A stretch of 64,000 nucleotides of DNA from positions 186,001 to 250,000 of the forward strand of contig JAPMXV010000002.1 of NCBI GenBank assembly GCA_026936335.1, in the 5' to 3' direction. This document shows positions 60,427 through 64,000 of this stretch, one piece after another. This DNA is from Mantamonas sphyraenae STR306 (taxonomy: Eukaryota > Protista > CRuMs). Numbering within the stretch: the first letter of the stretch is position 1; each line of letters starts with the position of its first letter. The position numbers were made by a program, and so were the translations under genes. The notes under the pieces were generated by a model. That model made no database searches, was not told the origin of the DNA, and was given only the letters and a program-made list of their open reading frames with translations.

Positions 60427-63400
60427 ATGGATCCCATCACAGGTCTCTTTGTGTTGATCTGGAACATCATTTCGTACACCATTGGTGGCATCTGCTTCCT
60501 GCTTTCATGGGTTGCCTTTTGGCGTATCCCGTCCATCTTTGCCCATCTGGTGCGTTGCATTCCTGCGAGCCAAGGGGGCCGTTGACCACGCTGTCGCCGG
60601 AGCCACCCGTTGTCACCCGCTGTGTCTGTGTGCCTGGATCACAACGTGTACCCTGCATTTGTGGGCTGTGGCCCTTTGCCTTGGCCCCCGTCCAGGCAGC
60701 CGCAGTGCAGCCGTGTGGCGCCAAGTCACCAATTCCCTGACATCGTCCCGCCTCGTCCAAATCCCACGCCATTCTCCTCCACACTGCCCTCCTCAGGCCT
60801 CTGATGGTGACATCCGAACCGTGGGTGTGACCCAGCTCATCATTTCCATTTCGGATCTGGTGTCTGTGCGTACGTGTGCCGACGTGTGCGCGATGGGAAG
60901 AGCCCAAACACACTTTCTGCCTGACGCGCCCACTCACACGGCGTTCCACGCCTCGCATGCATTCACACACTCCTCTCATGCACGCCACCTCATGTAGCCA
61001 TCGGTCTTGTGGCGACATTTAGCATCGTCCGCTCTGTGCAGACGATCCAGGGTATGCTCGACCACGATTCGCGCGATAGCGGCGACACTCACTTTGACGC
61101 CGAGCTCCGCGTGGGGTGGTGGATCAACTTTTTCATGATTCCTGTTGACCTCGTCGTTTACTTTATGGCTGCGTGCTGCGTGGGCACCGTGATCCGACTG
61201 GTGCCATGGGCCAAGGCTGTCAACGTAGGTCTCCATACGCGCAGCAGCTCGCTCGCGCACACAGTGGCTCACACCTTTCACCCTGCGTCCACACTACACA
61301 CACACAGGAAGCAAGAGACGGCAGTGAACGTCGCACAGAGACGGCCATCAACTTTCTCCTCATCTTTGTGGATTTGGGCTGCTACCTGTGCTTCCTGGTC
61401 ACCTTTTGCCTTGGTGCTCGTTTGTATCCAATGTGCAGGGATCTCCACAAGGACCTCTCCAACAGCTACGGAGAATGGCGCATCGTTATTCTGTTCAACT
61501 TTGTGATGACGCCCATTGACTACATCTGCTACATCCTGGCGGCCATCGACCTGTTGACCCTTGTGCGCACCGTACCCACCTTCAGGGCATTGTTTCGCAA
61601 AGAGGGCACAGACAGCAACGATCGACGCCTTGCTGCTGTTGTCAACTTTGCCCTCATCTGGGCCGACCTGGCCTGCTACGTGTTGGGGCTCGTGGAGGTT
61701 CTGCTTCTCGTCGACGCAAAGCCGTTGCTCCAAAAGGTGTTTGACGAGGACGCCGATGGCAACTCACGCCGCAAGGCCGTCATCACTACTCTTCCCTACA
61801 CGTTGATCGACCTGGTCCTCCTGACCATGAGCATCATGATTCTGGGGACGCTGTTCCGCGCGTATTGGTTCGTCAAGGCCTTCCGCGATGATTCGCTGGA
61901 TGACGATGGCCGCCGTTGGGTTGTGCTCGAGCAGTTCTTTGCCTGGTGCATTGACCTGATCTGCCTGCCTGCGTTTGTGCTGGTTGGGGTCACCCTCACA
62001 CGAATTCGACCGGCCTGGAAGGTGATGCGCAACTCGGAAAAGTCGCACACCGAACGACGCCTGCACGTCATCTTCTACGCTCTGCTCGTGCCCATCGATC
62101 TCTTCATGGTCATTCCTGCCGTAATCACCGTTGCGCTCATCTGGCGAGCACGCAAGCTGCTCTTGGAGATTTGGCATGGCGAAGACTTTTGGCAGCTTTG
62201 GGCGGCCGTCCTGTCCAACTTTTTCCTCACTCTGTTTGAGATTTTCGTGATGGGACCGCTCTTCCTCATCACATTTGTTTCCATCTATCGCACCATGGAT
62301 CTCATCGGTCCAGTGATTGCCTCGACCAAAGGACTGCAGGGTGGCGTGACCTACGCGGACGCCGTCTCCATGCGCATGACCATCGACGACCGCAACAAGT
62401 GCCACATGGTGTTTACTTGCCAGAAGACAGCCGCCATCGACGCAAGCCTGCGCACTGCGGAGATCACTGTGCAGTCTGGTGAGGGCTTGTGGGAAGGCGT
62501 TCGCTCCAAGTTTGGCAGCTCCTCCGTCAACGTGGCCAAGATGATGATGCCTTTCAAGATGAACAAGAAGATGTTTGACATGGACCCGTACCACGCAGCG
62601 GCCGTGGGGGACACCTTTGAGGTGGACTTTCGCACGGCGCCCGGGTATGACCGCGGAGATATGTTGTCGCTCCTCAACCACATGGCCAGGTACGAAACGG
62701 GCAACGTGTACTTTCACTTTGGCCTGCCTGGCGGCAAGGGTGTGCTGACGGCAGCCAAAGATGAAGTTCGCCGACATGGAAACCGCGCTGCGTGAGAATC
62801 GCGAGGTGAGCGACATCCAGGTACACCCGGATGCGTTTGTGCAAGAAGCCGACCCGTTTGCGTGGTACCCCGTGTACGTGCTGACGACAGCAGTGCAGTT
62901 CTTCAAGCTTGTGCTTGACCTGATCATGTTGTGCGTGGCGCTGGCCACCACGGTGTGCTTCGTGTGGCGCGCCCCGATGCTGTGGGGACTGTTGTGTGAG
63001 GATGTGGACAAGTTTCCGCGTCGCAAGATCGCACGCGTGTTTGAAGAAGCGCGTGCACCGCTGCGCAAGGCGTTTCCGGTGTCATTGGACGCGTATGAGA
63101 TGCACAACGCCTTGTGGCGCAAACGCGTGTTTGCCGACCAGCACGAGGGACTGATCATGAGCCAAGAGGTGCACATGTTTGACATGCAGCGCAGCGGCAA
63201 CACCGACCGATGGATCAAGAGTGGTGAGCTGGACGGGGTTGCCGCGCAGGCACGTCACCGTGCCCAGAAGCGAGGCTTCCAAGAAAGCGAGGACAACCCG
63301 GAGCCACTGCGTGCCATGGGAGACTCGCTGCGCCTGCAAAACATGCTGGGAGAAGTGGAGACACAACTGGACTACCAGCGAATGATGTCGGGCACCCTCG

Positions 63401-64000
63401 ACGAGGACGCCTATCAAGTGCACAAGAGCAACTGGCGCAACGTGCGCCGCCTGAACGAAGCGCGTCTGCAGGCCGCAGCAGCTCGCTTCCAACAGTTGGG
63501 AGAGCGCGAGAGCCTGGGCTGCGGGAACGGCATCCGTTCGCGCGACCAAAAGACGATGCACGAGATCATCCTTGTGTCGCTGCTGTCGGGTGTGCTGGAC
63601 GTCCTGGGACTTGTGGGCTTGTGTGCGCTGATTGTGACGCTGTACCGCATGCCCGGCCTGATCAAAAAGCTGAAGGAGGGCCAAGGCGAGTCGGAGAAGA
63701 AGCGCGTGGTGTTTGGCGAGGTGAAGAACGTGCTGATCGACCTGGCTGCGTTTGTGGCCTCTGTGTTCCTGTTGGTGACACTGCTCAAGTCTTTGGACAT
63801 GTTCGAGGTGTGGACAGACGGCTACGAGCGGGGCGAGTTGAACGAGGCGCGCTGGAAAGTGTTTCCGCTGCTGGCCGAGTTTTACGAGGACTTTTGCGAA
63901 ATCATTGCCCAGCTCCTTTGCGACTGCGGCAACTTTTGCCTGTGCACGTTGGCCACGTGTGTGGGGTTCTGCGTGCCGGGTGCCCTCTTCTTCACGGTGC
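60427..64000 (+). CDS. Large multi-pass membrane protein with repeated helical-hairpin units (spliced, runs off the window)
   Basis: Repeats of R...+.NF..+..D+.CY++..+.+.TL.R..P in 61009-62300. Frameshift near 62760, after which the frame stays open to the window end. Confidence 0.6.

Overview
Gene-dense, GC-rich eukaryotic DNA with short GT-AG introns and intergenic gaps of about 50-120 bp. It is probably from a flagellated, bacterivorous protist (inference). Host genes include a giant secreted LamG/filamin/IPT protein, a cyclophilin, a bacterial-type cupin, p47-like UBX, a TEP1-like DUF4062-NACHT-WD40 protein, TTLL12, AXDND1-like, NUDT19-like, RNA Pol I RPA1, a secreted peptidoglycan-binding M15 peptidase, a pseudo-kinesin/EF-hand protein, SAMHD1-like, a STE20 kinase and membrane proteins. 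The stand-out region is a ~7.9-kb insertion (about 40.3-48.2 kb) with three parts. (1) An intact DD34E IS630/Tc1 transposase whose N-terminus is strongly Pax paired-box-like. (2) A giant (~1,720-1,750 aa), intron-containing Fanzor/TnpB-family RuvC protein fused at its N-terminus to a FEN1/XPG-like (PIN-fold) nuclease domain. (3) A structured non-coding tract right after its stop codon, the candidate omegaRNA. Together these suggest a transposon-encoded, two-nuclease, RNA-guided system. All assignments come from motif recognition by eye; no searches or folding were run. Several single-base frameshifts in homopolymer runs of host genes look like assembly errors.
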